Source: the human T2T-CHM13v2.0 reference genome, Homo sapiens. From it: a stretch of 64,000 nucleotides of DNA. The first letter of the stretch is position 1; each line of letters begins with the position of its first letter. Under the pieces are notes generated by a model that saw only the letters and a list, made by a program, of their open reading frames with translations, made no database searches and was not told where the DNA came from. The translations under genes were made by a program, and so were the position numbers. The stretch lies in NCBI RefSeq assembly GCF_009914755.1, contig NC_060942.1; one strand, written 5' to 3'. Shown here one piece after another: positions 43,512-61,947 of this stretch.

Positions 43512-44186
43512 CCTACAGGGCTGTGGCATTAGGACCTTGTATGGCAGCTGTGATGGACGGACAGGGTGGTGCTCATGCCATCCTGGGTTCCAAGGCTTCC
43601 CTTGTCATGAATGTGTCCTTGCCACTTCTGAAAAGGAGGAAAAACTTTCTTCTACCCTCTTAGGTACCATGGCTGGGCCTAGAATTAAATGAACCTAAGA
43701 CAGATTAACAGTAAAAAAGCATACAAATGTATGTAATATTTTTACATGTACATGAGAGTCTCTAGAAGGAAAATCAAGACCCAAAAAAGCCATTAGGCCC
43801 CAAAGCCTATGTATTGTACATGTTTACACAAAGAACAATGAAGTATGAAGTGTGACAAGACAAAAGAGCTTGGGCTAGTGGCACTACATTGTGGGACCCT
43901 GGCTAGGAAGCACTGGGAGAAACTAAGTGTTATTTTAGTGGGTTTGTTGGTGCAGATCCAATCCAGTCGACTCCCAGTCTCCGGTGATAAGAATGCTGTC
44001 TTCCTGGTACAAGGAGGGCAGGCACCTTTCTCCTGGGAAATTTTATGACCTGCTTTTAGGTAGAAAGGGTGAGATCAGAGAACCCTTCCTACATCTGCTG
44101 CTTCTAAAGTGCCTTTGCTGGAAACAGTCAGTATGCTAAAATGGCATATTCTAAATCCCTTCACTTCCAATGCTGTTTTTGTCAAA
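43512..44186 (+). pseudogene. Decayed LE-repeat exon interrupted by an LTR
   Basis: ttctcag| then ..GSCDGRTGWCSCHPGFQGFPCHECVL.., LTR at 43629-44163, then ..QCCFCQ; LE cysteine spacing retained; frameshifts; donor position reads tt. Confidence 0.8.
43629..44163 (-). mobile_element. Solo ERV1-type LTR (MER34/MER39-like)
   Basis: TG...CA ends with a short inverted repeat (tgaaaagg / cccttca); 535 bp; 4-bp TSD CTTC at 43625-43628 and 44164-44167. Confidence 0.8.
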
Positions 44187-44542
44187 TTAGGCAACTGTTT
44201 GGTTGAAGTATGAACAAGTTAAAAATCATGTAAAGACTATAAAGTTGTTCTGATTTACTGTGATTTTTTTCTTAATTATTGTATTAGAAAAAAATAATTC
44301 CACAACTTAGTTACTAACGTTTTATTTGAAAAATTAAGGGTTTAGGGCAAAGGGATTTGGCTACTTTTCATATTAACTACTATTTTAACCCATGTAGAAA
44401 ATCTTTCCAAAATGCATGAGACTTTCCTTCCTTGGTAGGTAGGGTGGACCCAGCTGAATCTTTGAGTCTTTTACGATCTTCCTTAGGGGACCTGTTGCAA
44501 ATTTAGATATTAATGTAATTTATAGAATTATGGATGCTTTCA

Positions 44543-44864
<322 letters not shown>

Positions 44865-46290
44865 TTAAATATGAGATTGATTTGAATATATATGCTAATC
44901 CAGGACACACTCTGAAAGTTGCTTTTAAAATCATTCTCAACTTGTATTTTTAGTATAATAGAAAGACCATGGGCTTTGAAATCTGGCAGTTCTGGGTTCA
45001 AATTCTGACTCTGCTTCCCTGGCTGTGTGAACTTGGGGAAGTTAATTAACCTTTCTGAGCATCTTTTTTTTTTTTTTTTCATCTATAAAATACTTACCTG
45101 TCTTACAGGGCTCTTGTTTGACTTCATTATTATTTTTGAGCAATATTTATTTCCCAAGGAATAATGTGTGCTGGCCCTGGGGGCCTGTGGTGAGCTCTCA
45201 TGAAGTGTCCAGTCTGCTGGGTGATTTACTTATCTATTTCTGTGTCTTAAGTCACCCCAAAACTTAGTAGCTTAAAAGAACAAGGGTTATTTCTCTCAAT
45301 TGTGTGGGTTGGCTGGGCGGGTCTTCTGCTGGACTTGCTGGAGGGTTTCTGGGGCTGGATTTAGTTGGGACATTTGGGAGTATCCCTCTTTGTGGCCTTT
45401 TGTCCTCAAGGAGGCCAGACTGGTCCCTCCCATGGTGGTCTCAGGATTCCTGGAGGGCAAGAATGGAAACGGCAAGGCCTGTAGTGACCTGGACTCAGAA
45501 GTTGCATGACAACAACACTTACACCTCATTCTAGTGGTCAAAGCAAGTCACAGACCAATATGTGATCCCAAAAATGAAAGTGTTGTGAAAGAAAAACACA
45601 GCTAAGATAGAGAATAAAAGGAGGAAAGTGGGGGGGCCATTTATACAGACTGGTCAGGGGGACCTTCTGAGGAGCTGATGTTTGAACTGACACCTGGTGG
45701 ATGAGAAAGAGCTGGCTGTGCTGAGAGCTAAGGGAAGGGTATACCAGGCAGAGGGATTGGCCTGAGCAGAGGTCCTGAGGTGGGAAAGCCCTGGATAGAG
45801 GTACTAGAAGCAGCCTGGCTGTGGGGAAGGCCAGTGCCGGGAGGATTAAGTGAGATGATCCAAGGGAAGCCCCCAATGCCTGATATGTAGTAGGGCTGAA
45901 TTGATGTTAGTTTCTTTCCTTCTAAAAACTGGAAGGAAGAAATACATTTAATTCACGATTGTCATGAGATGGGAATCTATTAAATTGAAGTTATACTTTA
46001 CAAAGCTCGGCTTTAGAGGGAAAATAAAATGTTTCCACAGGAATAGATGTTAAAAGAATGGTTTGCAAATGAATGCCCATCCTTACGTGTTTTTTTTAAT
46101 GATATCTCTGACCTTTTGTGAATTTTTAAAAATTTCCCTTCAACGCAGTGTAGTCTTCTGCGTTAAGAATGTTTAACAGCCATAGATAATTAATAATCTA
46201 TATTCCCATGATAGAAACCTAGGGGAAGGGAGAAATTAAGAAAGTGATGGAAGATGGAGACCCCTTCTGAAAGTTTCCTGTCTTCTGCAG

Positions 46291-46425
46291 GGTGTGACTG
46301 TAATCTGGAAGGTGTTCTCCCTGAAATATGTGATGCCCACGGACGGTGCCTGTGCCGCCCTGGGGTTGAGGGCCCTCGATGTGATACCTGCCGCTCTGGT
46401 TTCTACTCATTCCCTATTTGCCAAG
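46291..46425 (+). CDS. LAMA3: Laminin alpha-3 exon 12, LE4
   Basis: tctgcag| ... |gtaagt; 135 nt, phase 1-1; (G)CDCNLEGVLPEICDAHGRCLCRPGVEGPRCDTCRSGFYSFPICQ. Confidence 0.97.
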
Positions 46426-48269
46426 GTAAGTGGGCAGAACATAGCATATTCATAATCAATCCCTCAAGATAAATTTCCTCCTGAGGAAATGCAGATCTTT
46501 CTGGCAGAGCTGTCTGGCTTGCAGTTTAATAAATGGGCCCCTGGCTTATATATGGATGTTACATGTGATGGTCCTACCTGGACCTTGTCACTTCCCTTCT
46601 TTCCAACCTTACCCTGCCTCCTCCCTGGTAGTTAAGCACATGGACTCTGAAATAATCTGTTTGGGTTCAAATCCTGGCTCTGGAGAGGAGGTGGTATCTG
46701 AACAGCATTTAGGAACCTGCCACCACTTCTCAGATCCTGTTGGGGCGGGTCTCCAGATGCCAGTTGGGTTTGCAAATTGGAAGTGTGTGAATAAGATTAG
46801 AAAGATGGGAAGGTGGATGACAGAAGGAGGCAGGGTGTTCTAGAGAGAGGGGACAGCACATGCAAACCATAGAGACATGAGACCACAAACCCCCTCCTCC
46901 CCACTTGTTTGTATCCTAGTATCCCATCCCGGCAAGGGTCGCTGAAGGGGGGATGGAAGGTGGGAGGAGGAAGTGTCTGGTCCGGTCCCTAGAGCATGGC
47001 AGGTATGCACTCAATGCTGGGTGAGTGAACACATGAATGAATGAATTTGCCCAAATTATTCTCCCCTGCCTCCTTTCTACTGTCTGACATTATTCTTCTT
47101 TCTGCAGACAATGGTGTAGGGGAAGGGAGGAGAAAGAGGAGAAGATTATCAGTCCAGGATCAAGGCAGGAAATAAAACACCACTTCAGACACTATAAAAA
47201 GAAAGAGATTTATTATAGGTAATTAGGTGCTAGCCCAGAGGAGTTGTTAAGAGCCAGAGCAGCAGGCTCTAGGCTGGGCTTCCAAGGAGGCCTCCAATGG
47301 AATGGCTGGGTTTTAAGCCCAGACTGCTATGTCCCAGTGCAAGGATGGGAAGCCCATGGTTGGTGACTTCATCTCTTGGCATCCAGGAAGCCAGAGTCAG
47401 AGCACAGCTGCATAAATGCTCAGCCAGCTACAGGATGCAGCCTCCTCCTTATTTCCCATCGGTCTAATCTTATTCACACACTTCCAATTTGCAAACCCAA
47501 TTGGCATCCAGAGCCCTGCCCCAACAGAGTCTGAGAAGTGCTGTCTTTAGCTTTCCAGCCTCTGAACACTGGAGGATATTAGAATAGGTATTAGGTCATC
47601 TCACCTGCAAGGTCAGCCACACTAAGGAACTGTAAGCATGAAAAACTCCCTCCCCTAAGCTGGAGGACAAGGTAGTGAAGAGCAGGGGTGGCACTAGCTA
47701 TCAACTTGGGCAAGTTACTTAACCCCTCTGTTCCTCAGTTTCCAAAAAATAGTGCCTGTCTCATAATTCATTGTTGTGAGGGTTACATATGTACTGACAG
47801 GTAAAGCTCTTAGAACTGAGGAAGTAATTGTTCATAAGTTAGCTATTCACTTGCACCTTTCTTCTCCTGACCTATACTTCCCTCTGCATCATTTTAAGAG
47901 CTTGTAGTCCCATTTCCAGCCATCTCCCTGTTTGTTTAAATGCCTGAATCCCATACCCCAAACCTTTCCTTTACCTGCTGGCTCCTGGTGTGCAAAACAT
48001 TCTTGTGGCTGAAAATATATCAAAGGGTTTCTTTTTTTCCTCCTCTCTACCAGCCACAACTTCAGATTCATTCTGGTAGAATGAATTACAAATATTCTAA
48101 CTTATTCATATGGACAAAGCTTGTGTTTATGGATACAAAGATAATGAATAAATAATACAACACTTTAAGAATGCTCTTTTCCACATTTCTCCACTACTAG
48201 AGCTAATTTATTTTAAGGTAGGTAGAAAATGCATGAATGTATTCATGACAAAGCAGAGGGGAGGAAGGA

Positions 48270-52125
<3,856 letters not shown>

Positions 52126-52487
52126 AAGGCAGAGGTGGGAGGTGGAATCCCAACACACTAAAGAAGGGTTATTCCTCCCCAGACACTTGTCAGCCTTATC
52201 TCTGTAAATTTGACGCTCATCTCTCTTATGTTTTTATAGTGATGATCACATAATGTGCATTTGAATTTTAGAGTTAAAAGGAATTGAAATCACAAGTACT
52301 TATTTTACAGCAACCATTCTGAGACCCAGGAGAATACGTAGGGAGTAGATAGTTGCAGGGTGGTGAGTAGCACCCACATTTCTTTACTCTCAGCCTGGTA
52401 TACAGCAGGAATTCTATTGTATTCTTTAAACCCCTTCATCACCTAGTGATCTAGGACATCAAGAAGCATGAGGGCTATTCTTCTAAG

Positions 52488-52765
52488 GCTGAGCTTTTCA
52501 TACTGCAGTTCATTGTCCATTAGTGGATAGAGAAATCAATTTAGAGGGTATGGGCCAGCATTACAATGAAATAGGATAGACTAGAAATTATTAGAATGCA
52601 TCATAAGTGTAGAGAAAATAAATCTCTTGCAAAGTTCTTGTTCATAGTTATTTATGTTTTGCTAGATATCTCTATCATCTATTAGTGTGTGTGTGTTTAT
52701 TGGGTTATAATGTAAAATGTATTTTTTACTGTGAACATGGCCAAAAAGTTTGGAAACTGCTGTGC
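52488..52765. mobile_element. hAT MITE remnant
   Basis: Ends in aaaaagtttggaaactgctg, a Charlie-type terminal inverted repeat. Confidence 0.5.
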
Positions 52766-53126
52766 TAAAAGATCCTGAAGGATTTTATCTGTGCTTCTGA
52801 GTATGGGAAGTAGTTTGCCACTTTTCTTTTCTGAGTAGTTTGTCACTTTTCTTTTATTCTGCTCTTTGCTCTTGCGGCTTCGGACTTTCAAATAGTTATA
52901 ACCTGAAGTCATAGAACATTTGGGTGAATTTACTCTCATTCAGCTAGAAACTGTTGCTCAGTAAATTGCAGCAATAATCTGATGAATCCATTTTCCCCAT
53001 GAAGATATTCCTGTGCCAGTATACACTGCATAATTCCTTCCCAACCCTGTTTGAAGGGCAAGAAAGCACTCTGTCTTATTTTTTACCATTATCTATAAAG
53101 AGCAAGGACCAAAGAGATAAACATGA

Positions 53127-53442
<316 letters not shown>

Positions 53443-53593
53443 TTCCTGTTTTATCTTTAATCCATGATATTGTCTTTACTATTCTTCCTTAAACCCTGCA
53501 AAGAGAAAGGACAGTATAAATTTCAAAGTCCTATAATCTTTACATAACTCAGAGTGTGGAGACTTCAGTCTGACCTTACCAGCAAGCTACCTA

Positions 53594-54073
<480 letters not shown>

Positions 54074-54461
54074 TCATTAGAGTCACACTTTCAAATGAAA
54101 ATCATCTGACATTCTTCATGTGAGTGGTAAAGAAAACTTCTTGAATTTAGAAGTAAATACAAGGAAAATATTTAAAAACCACCCATATCACTCTTTTTGA
54201 AAATGTTAACATTGAAGTATTGTCCCTGAACAATGATATATACAAAATTCCAAGGCCAAGTCACCATGTGCAGATTTTCAAAATAAATGTCCAGAGGCCT
54301 ATTTTATGACACTTTCGACTCTCACACTCAAAGGATTATGAAAATGTTAGGAGAGTGGAGGAGAGATAATCTGGGAGGGGGTGGATATCTATGGAGGAAA
54401 CTGTTGCCGTGAACTCCTTACCCTTCTTCCTCGCCTCAAAACACATGAGGGACCTCTGATG

Positions 54462-54883
54462 TGTCTTAGTCCATTTGGTATTGCTATAACAGAATACCTG
54501 AGATTGGGTAGTTTATAAAGAAAAGACGTTTATTTAGTTCACAATTCTGCGGGCTGGGAACTTCAAGAGCATAGCGCCACATCTGGCTGGCTTCTGGTGA
54601 GGGCCACATACTGGGGCAAAACATGGTGAAGTGGAGCAGTAAGTGAGCATGTGCAGAGATCACACGATGAGACAGGATGCAAGAGAGAGAGTCCAGGAAG
54701 CCAGATTCACTTTTATAACAACCCACTCTCACGGTAACTAATCCGAGGGCATTAATCTACTCATGAGGAATCCACCCCCATGACCCAAACACCTCCACTA
54801 GGCCTCATCTCCCAACACTGCTGCACTGGCAATGAAACTTTAACATGAATTTTGGCAAGACAAACCACATCCAAACCATAGCA
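54462..54883 (-). mobile_element. MST-type MaLR LTR
   Basis: tgtcttagtccatt..gctataacagaatacc ... ccaaaccatagca. Confidence 0.8.
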
Positions 54884-55874
54884 TATGGGAAGCCTCGGGA
54901 GGGGCAGAGGTGCTTGTGGCCAGATTTTGGCTTGGAAACCCAAAGGCTAAGAGCTGGATGCTTTTTTGCTTGAGGCAGAGCAGGGAGAGTATTGCCGCAT
55001 TGGGAATGGCCTGTACTTAGTGTACTGGGGCAAGGGATGTGTAGGTGTTTCCCACAGCCAAATATGGGGGAATCCAGGTGAGTGTCTTGGTTCCTGCCCG
55101 ATAGGTCTGCTCAGAGACATCAGGAGATCCCACCCAAAGCAGCTGAAGTATTTGTCCAGATGCCTGTTTTATAATAGAGTGTATTAATAGGAAATTTGGG
55201 GTTCAGTAAGGACAGCAGACCGGGAGACAACTGCTATTGAGAAGATACAGTTCCCAGAGGAGGGGCAGGTCATGCTGTAGGGGCCACATGGAGAAGCATC
55301 AGGGTCGGTTTGGAGGCAGAGGGAAGGGAAGGAACTGTAGACAGAGCACTTCCACATTAAGGAATGGGCAGGGATAAGCAGGTTTAGGATTGGCTAGTTT
55401 GAATATTTCAGTGGGTGCTGGGACATAGGGGCTACCCCTAGTTGTCTGGTACCTGGCCCTGGGGTGATTAGGGCAGGGAATACCAGAGTGTGAGAGCTGG
55501 TAGAGGAGGTGGTGGGGCCATGCTCTGGACTGGTCGGTGTGCATTCCAAAAGCAGCTCTCTGGAGGGTTGTTTACTATCTCTGGGAATTGGCTTACCCTG
55601 GGAGGGGCAGTCCCTCCAGGGTCAGCAAGGCCCCAAGATGTCAAAGCATCAGAAACAGAAAATAAAAGAAATGGTGAATCCAAAGCCCAGGGGCTGAAGC
55701 AGTTGTGGGCTGAGGAGAGAGTCACAAGCAACAGAAATGGAGAGGCTTGCATCCCTGGGGGACAAGGGAATGGCAGGAGAGAGGTGCTCAGCAGACGACC
55801 ACCAAGAGGCCCTAGACAGCATCCTTGGAAGAAGAGCCAGTTTGAGATTAGCATAGGGCTGGTCCAAGAACAAT

Positions 55875-56676
55875 TGTGTGGGGAAAAACTCTTTCCTCTA
55901 ACTGTGTTTTTCCTCTACTCTCATACCACAACAACCATCAACACAGAAGAAAACGTCTGTGACCAAATGTGTGGGGGTCTCTTCCCATCACCAAGCAGCA
56001 GCCACCAGCCAAGTGTCCTCCAATTCAATTCTGACACTGCTTACCTAAAGACAGTGCCAGATCCCACAGGTTGAGGGCTCAGTCCCCAAGACTGCTCCCT
56101 CCTTCCCTCACCATCAGTTGCAAGCCTGGGCCTCTGGAACTTCTGACGAAGCGGCTTCAGGTTGGGGTTCCCGCAAACCTCCTTTGGATTCAGTTAATTT
56201 GCTGGAGTGGCTCACAGAACTCAGGAGAACACCAAATTACATTTACTGGTTTATTATAAAAGATGTTGCAAAGATACAGATGAAGATACACATAAGACGA
56301 GATATGGGGGAAGAGACTGGGAGCTTCCATGCCCTCCCTGGGCCCCACCCTCCAGGAACCTCCCCACATGTTCAGCTATCTGGAAGCTCTCTGAACCTTG
56401 TCCTCCTGGGTTTTTAAGGAAGCTTCCTGACATCAGCATTCCTTCCTCCAGGGTATAGACTTGACCCTCTCTGGGGAGAGTCTTAAGACCCACAATCACA
56501 AAGGTGGGGGAAGATTAGAGTCCTGCCTTGGGGCAGGTTAAAAGAGGGCAGGAAAAGGTCAGAGGCCTGTCCCAAGGCCTAACACACCCAACCTTATAAC
56601 AAAAGACTGTAACAAGGACTATGGGAGTTACTAGCCAGAAACTGTGGGCGAAAACCGCTATATATCATGATACCAC
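55875..56676 (-). mobile_element. MER21-like LTR
   Basis: TG...CA ends; the reverse complement starts tgtggtatcatgatatatag; MER21-like body. Confidence 0.65.
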
Positions 56677-58092
56677 AACAGTTCTTTCCTCTTCCCTCTT
56701 CTTCCTCCCCCACCAAGTTGAAGCCAGCTGTGGGGAAAGAATGCCCACTCCCACCCCCAGCCCACTCCTACCACTCACCTCTCCACCTTTCCTGCCTACT
56801 GTGGGATTTTGGCCTGAATCAGGTCTGAGCTGGAGGACAGGAGATTCGACTTTAAACTGGATTTCTACTTACTTTCTGTTCTCTTACCTAAGAGTGTGCT
56901 GACAAACCCTGCAACTCCTAGAGTTTTCATCTAGGTGCAGGGAGACAGTCACCCACACTACGTGAAATTGAAAAGGGCCGTGGGAGTTAGTTGACAGCAG
57001 GAGTTGTGCTTGTTGAATACACTAATTGTCTAACAGTCAGTTGCATCTCCATGTGGCTTCATTTACCATGGCTTCCTTAAAGGGACTCCATGATTTTGAT
57101 TTGTTTCTAGGGAATTCTATTATTTTTAATATTCTGCTTATATAAACGTAGATTTCTTAAAAAACCACAAACTCTCGACATTATTTTCACAAAAAACCAT
57201 ATCTTTAAATGTATGTTATAATTCTTTGACCTTCAGCAGAGTATTATTCCATCCAGTTAGAATTTGGTTATGTGGCCATGTATCTGGAGCAAAGGTAAAA
57301 ACCAAGCAGTTAGGTCCCCACCCCCACAACCTCTGTCAAGTGGAAAAGCGCAGCTCCAAAGATGCACACAGAAGGAATCCCATAGGCCCACTCTCAGCCT
57401 AGTCTCCTCCTCCCTTTTTTAAAAATAATTGTTTTAAATTTAGTTATTTGTTTTGCAAGCCAATTGCATGGCAAATTAGAAACATAAAATTAGAAGACAG
57501 GGAAAAGATTACTGAGGCGAAACATTCATAGCAAGGGAGAAAACAGACAGGCAGATATGAAACTTAAGATGTATAGCAGCCTGGGGCCACTGAATGAAGG
57601 GCAAACAAGCTAACCCAATTCTGAAGATACTGAGGGTATCACTATTAGATTAAGTAAATGGGCATTTATAGTGATAGCTGTAGATCATGAAAAAGAGTTA
57701 AATTATGTCTAATATACCTGCTTCATTGGGAAGGAAAGTATAAAATACATTTGAGTAAGAGTATGAGATTAAATAGTGAAAATGTTAATAGTTAAAATGA
57801 GTACTAGATGAAATAGTTAACTAATAGTTAATAGTTTGGTGGTTAGAGAGTCAGTTATGACTCCTTACAATTTCACGTGACAGAAAACTAGACCTAAACT
57901 GTTTAAGGCAAAAATAACTTCTTGGCAGTAATAGAAAAGTCCGGGCATATTTGGTTTCAGGAATAGCTTGATCTAGGGGCTTAAAATATATATATTTTTT
58001 TTAATCTATAAACTCTGCTATCTTGTATATTGGCTTCGTTCTTAGGCCTCAGATGATAGTAAAATGGCAGCCAGCAGCTCTTAGACACACAT

Positions 58093-58465
58093 TATTATGG
58101 ACTGAATTGTGTCCCTAAAAATTCATATGTTGAAGCCCTAACCCCCAGTGTGACTGTATTTGGAGTAAGGAAGTAATTAAGGTTTAATGAGGTCATAAGG
58201 GTGGAGCCCTGATCTGATAGGACTCATGTCTTTATAAGAAGAGACACAAGATAGCTCGTTCACTCTCTCTCTCTCCCTCTACCATGTGAGGACCCAGTGA
58301 AAAGGTGGCCATCTACAAGCCAGAAAGCAGGCCCTCAGCAGAAACTGAACCAGCCAGCACCTGGATCTTGGACTTCCCAGCCTCCAGAACTGGAGAAATA
58401 AATTTCTATTGTTTAAGCCCACCAGTCTATGGTATTTTGTTATGGCAGCTCAAGGTGACTAATAC
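58093..58465 (+). mobile_element. MLT1A/B LTR nested in an older MLT1 fragment
   Basis: tatggactgaattgtgtccc..gaagccctaacccccagtgtga ... gactaatac. Confidence 0.82.
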
Positions 58466-58968
58466 GTATCCTTCTAGGTTCAAGACTAGGAAAAGAGTAT
58501 ACTTTCCACCAGGACACATCTGGTTCTGATTGGACCACATGCCAGTTCTGGAATTAGTCCTGTGGCCGTGGAATTCAGTGCTCTGACTGGCCAAACCTGA
58601 GTCTTCCCCCATATCCACAGAACTAGAAGTGGGGTCAACACCATCTGAACAGCATGAATGGAGCAAGGGAAGAGAGGTACCCCCATGGTAAAATCAAGGT
58701 GCCATAGCCAAGACAGGGTGGCAAAACTATGTGTCAGTAAAATCCTCAGCTCTTTGAGAAAACATAGTTCCCCAAAGTGACCAATCCTAAGAAAGATTGG
58801 GAAACCCTGTGAGGTCTAACTGTAGCATTCTTTTCCTTAAGAAACTGACATCTGACATAAAAAGCTCTTTAATCAGCTGCAGTACATGAATATAATGTCT
58901 TATCTCTTATTTTAAATGGTTGGAGCCAGGACTCCCTTTTAAAAATAAGTGTTTATCTTCCCATTGAT

Positions 58969-59106
58969 TTTTTTTTAATTTTTAAAATTTTTAGATGGGA
59001 TCTCATTATATTGCCCAGGCTGATCTTTAACTCCTGAGCTCAAGCGATTCCCCCACCTCTGCTCCCAAAGTGCTGGGATTATAGGCATGAGCCACCATGC
59101 CTGGCC
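58969..59106 (-). mobile_element. FLAM/Alu monomer
   Basis: Single antisense left-arm-like unit with a T-rich tail. Confidence 0.8.
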
Positions 59107-59693
59107 TCATTGATATTTTTGGTAGAGTTGATTTGGACCTCTGCTTCTAAAGGTCTACCAAACTCTTCTGACCTCACCGGAAGCATGAGAGGGAAAAGAC
59201 TATCAAGCCTCTCAGAGAGGGACTGGAGGACACCAGCAGGCATGCTTCTGGCCCCGGTGGGTGAAGGTCTGGGGTCAGCCTCTGCTGGATTCTCTGTGGT
59301 CTAAAGTCGTGGCTCAAGTGAAGGACTAATACATACACATCCAGCCTTGGAGAAGCCTGCCCATGCTTAAGAGCTGTTTTCTGAGCTGTGCAAGAAATTC
59401 ACTGCCTCGTGTGCTGTTGAGGTGTACCTTGCAGTTTGTTGTTTTGGGTTTGAACCATTCTGGTAAGAGTTTGGGAGGATGCAACATTTTGTCTGTGATG
59501 GCCTTCCTTGTCTTGTAACTACCTTTTTTTCTGATAGCTATTGTGATTTTTTTTTTTAGAGGGAATTGATTACTTGACCCACTGAAATTTACAACCAATC
59601 ACCATGGCCCACAATGGTGTATCAGCTGACCCAGTATATTCTAGCCAAAAAGTGTTCTTACTGCTTTGCTCTTTCTTGCTTTAAAAACTTTCA

Positions 59694-60065
<372 letters not shown>

Positions 60066-61770
60066 TTATGTTTTGCATTAAATTAATTTACTCCAGACTT
60101 TCCTAAGTACAATGCAGTATTTTTTTCATTTTGACTTTGACTCACTGAAGTGCCCTATGGTTTTCTTTCTTGGGGAATTAATCAAATTATATATATGAGA
60201 TCAGATTTGAGAACTGTCTATATGTATATAAAATATATATTTATGTTTGTGGGTTTTTTGACTCTATCTTCAACCACAGAATACAACTGTTAATTTGGTT
60301 ATTTAGGGGGTTTACTCTTCCCTCTTTCTCCTCCCCATCCCTCATTCCTGCCTTCGTCTCCTCCTTTTTTCCGCTATTCTTCATTTTTTTCTTCCTCTTC
60401 CTCTTCCTCTTTTCCTCCTTTCTATTCCCCTTTCCCCTCCTTTTCTGGAGCAGCTTGCTAGGCAGCAGCTAGTTAGTACTGGGAACAGAGGGTAGGAAGG
60501 CAGGAATGCGGAAACGGGTGGTCCTTTCATGACATGAACTGAAGGCACCCGGAAGTGCAGCTTCCCCCAACCCCACCGACATGACCTGACCCAGGGCCCA
60601 GAACCATCCCCATTAGAGTCTGATGTAGTCTTTGGGTTGTGGTATCCGGTCTTTCTTTAGAAAAGTCCTATAAATATGTTGTCAGTGAGAGATTAACCTC
60701 CTCCTCCCTGTTAACATACTCTCCTGAGTCAGACACCGGCCGGGGAGGAGAAGTGCCCTGCTGACGAGGAATGGTGCCAGGGAAGGTTTTGGCCGTGATG
60801 CTCCTGGGAGAAGCTCCCAGCCTTTCCAGGGCAAAACCAGAGACCACTGGGCTGGCAGTGGGAAGCAGCCTGAAGCCAAGTTTTGTGCAGTTTTGCCTTG
60901 AACTGGCCCTTCCTTGTAATTCATTTTTGTTTAAGAGAACATTGAGGTGATTGGTCAGAAAAGGCTAAGGATTTTCTGTAGATTTAATTCATCCAAAGCC
61001 CAGTGCCAGAGAAGTGATAAGTACTGTGGAACTGATGGCTGGCTTTTGGCTTTGACTGAAGATCAAGGTGCCAATCGGCCTTTCTACAAGATCATGGGCA
61101 ATAAGAGCATCCCTCAAGCACTAAGGAGCTCTGTTTGGCCATCATCTACAAGAATCTATATAGTGTTGCTTCGCTCATGAGCTTATTACTGCAGGTGAAG
61201 AGGAAGGCATTATTCATGGCAATGTCTGTCTGATAGCAATGTTGCAAGATACAATGAAGTAACACGTATCAAGAATTATGCAGGGCTGGACCCGAAGAAG
61301 GATTTCAATAGTTACTCATGCTCTCATATAACAACCAGCTATTTGGCAGGTACTGTGGAACAGGACTACATTTAATCCTGGAAGGTATTCAAGAGCATGA
61401 CAGACAAGCCCCTGTCCTCTAGGACCTTTGTGATCATTATTTCAAAGACTTTTTTTGGTGATCCTTATTTTGTATTCTTCTTGAGAGTAAGTTTCCTAAA
61501 GCAGAAACAATGAGGAGTAGACAAGAAATAAAATACTCCGGAAACTCCAAGGGACCTAGAGCAAAAGAAAGAGCAGAATTGAAATATTTTTAAAGCCTTA
61601 TAGTATTTCCAAGAGTGAGAAAAGGGCTGCCAATGCTAGAGTTGGTGTTTGGGATTTGGCAGTTTTTACTAATAGTTGGATTGAAATGAGAAGCGTGTTG
61701 CCAGATTAATTCACAATTTTAAAACACTGCAAATGCTTTTAAGTTCAAGTCTTTGTTTTTACCTCCAAAG

Positions 61771-61891
61771 AGTAACTGGGTCTTCTCGCTCCCCAGACAA
61801 CCCCTGTGGTCCTAAGGCCAGTGTCTGTGTCACCCACATTATGCTGTGGAGCTGCCACCACTGCGCTCCAGGCAGCTACCCTAATGCCCGC
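61771..61891 (+). pseudogene. Decayed LE-repeat exon in intron 12
   Basis: Pyrimidine tract plus AAG|, then with frameshifts DNPCGP-GQCLCHPHYA-WSCHHCAPGSYP-C; no GT at the expected donor. Confidence 0.75.
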
Positions 61892-61947
61892 ATGGATGTT
61901 TTCCTCTGCATTGACTTTCCTTTAGGGCAGAAATAGCAGAACAAGCC

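Noticed and set aside
55490-56074. Longest ORF in the window (194 aa)
   Set aside because: It runs across LTR-derived sequence, begins at a non-ATG codon and has no recognisable domain.
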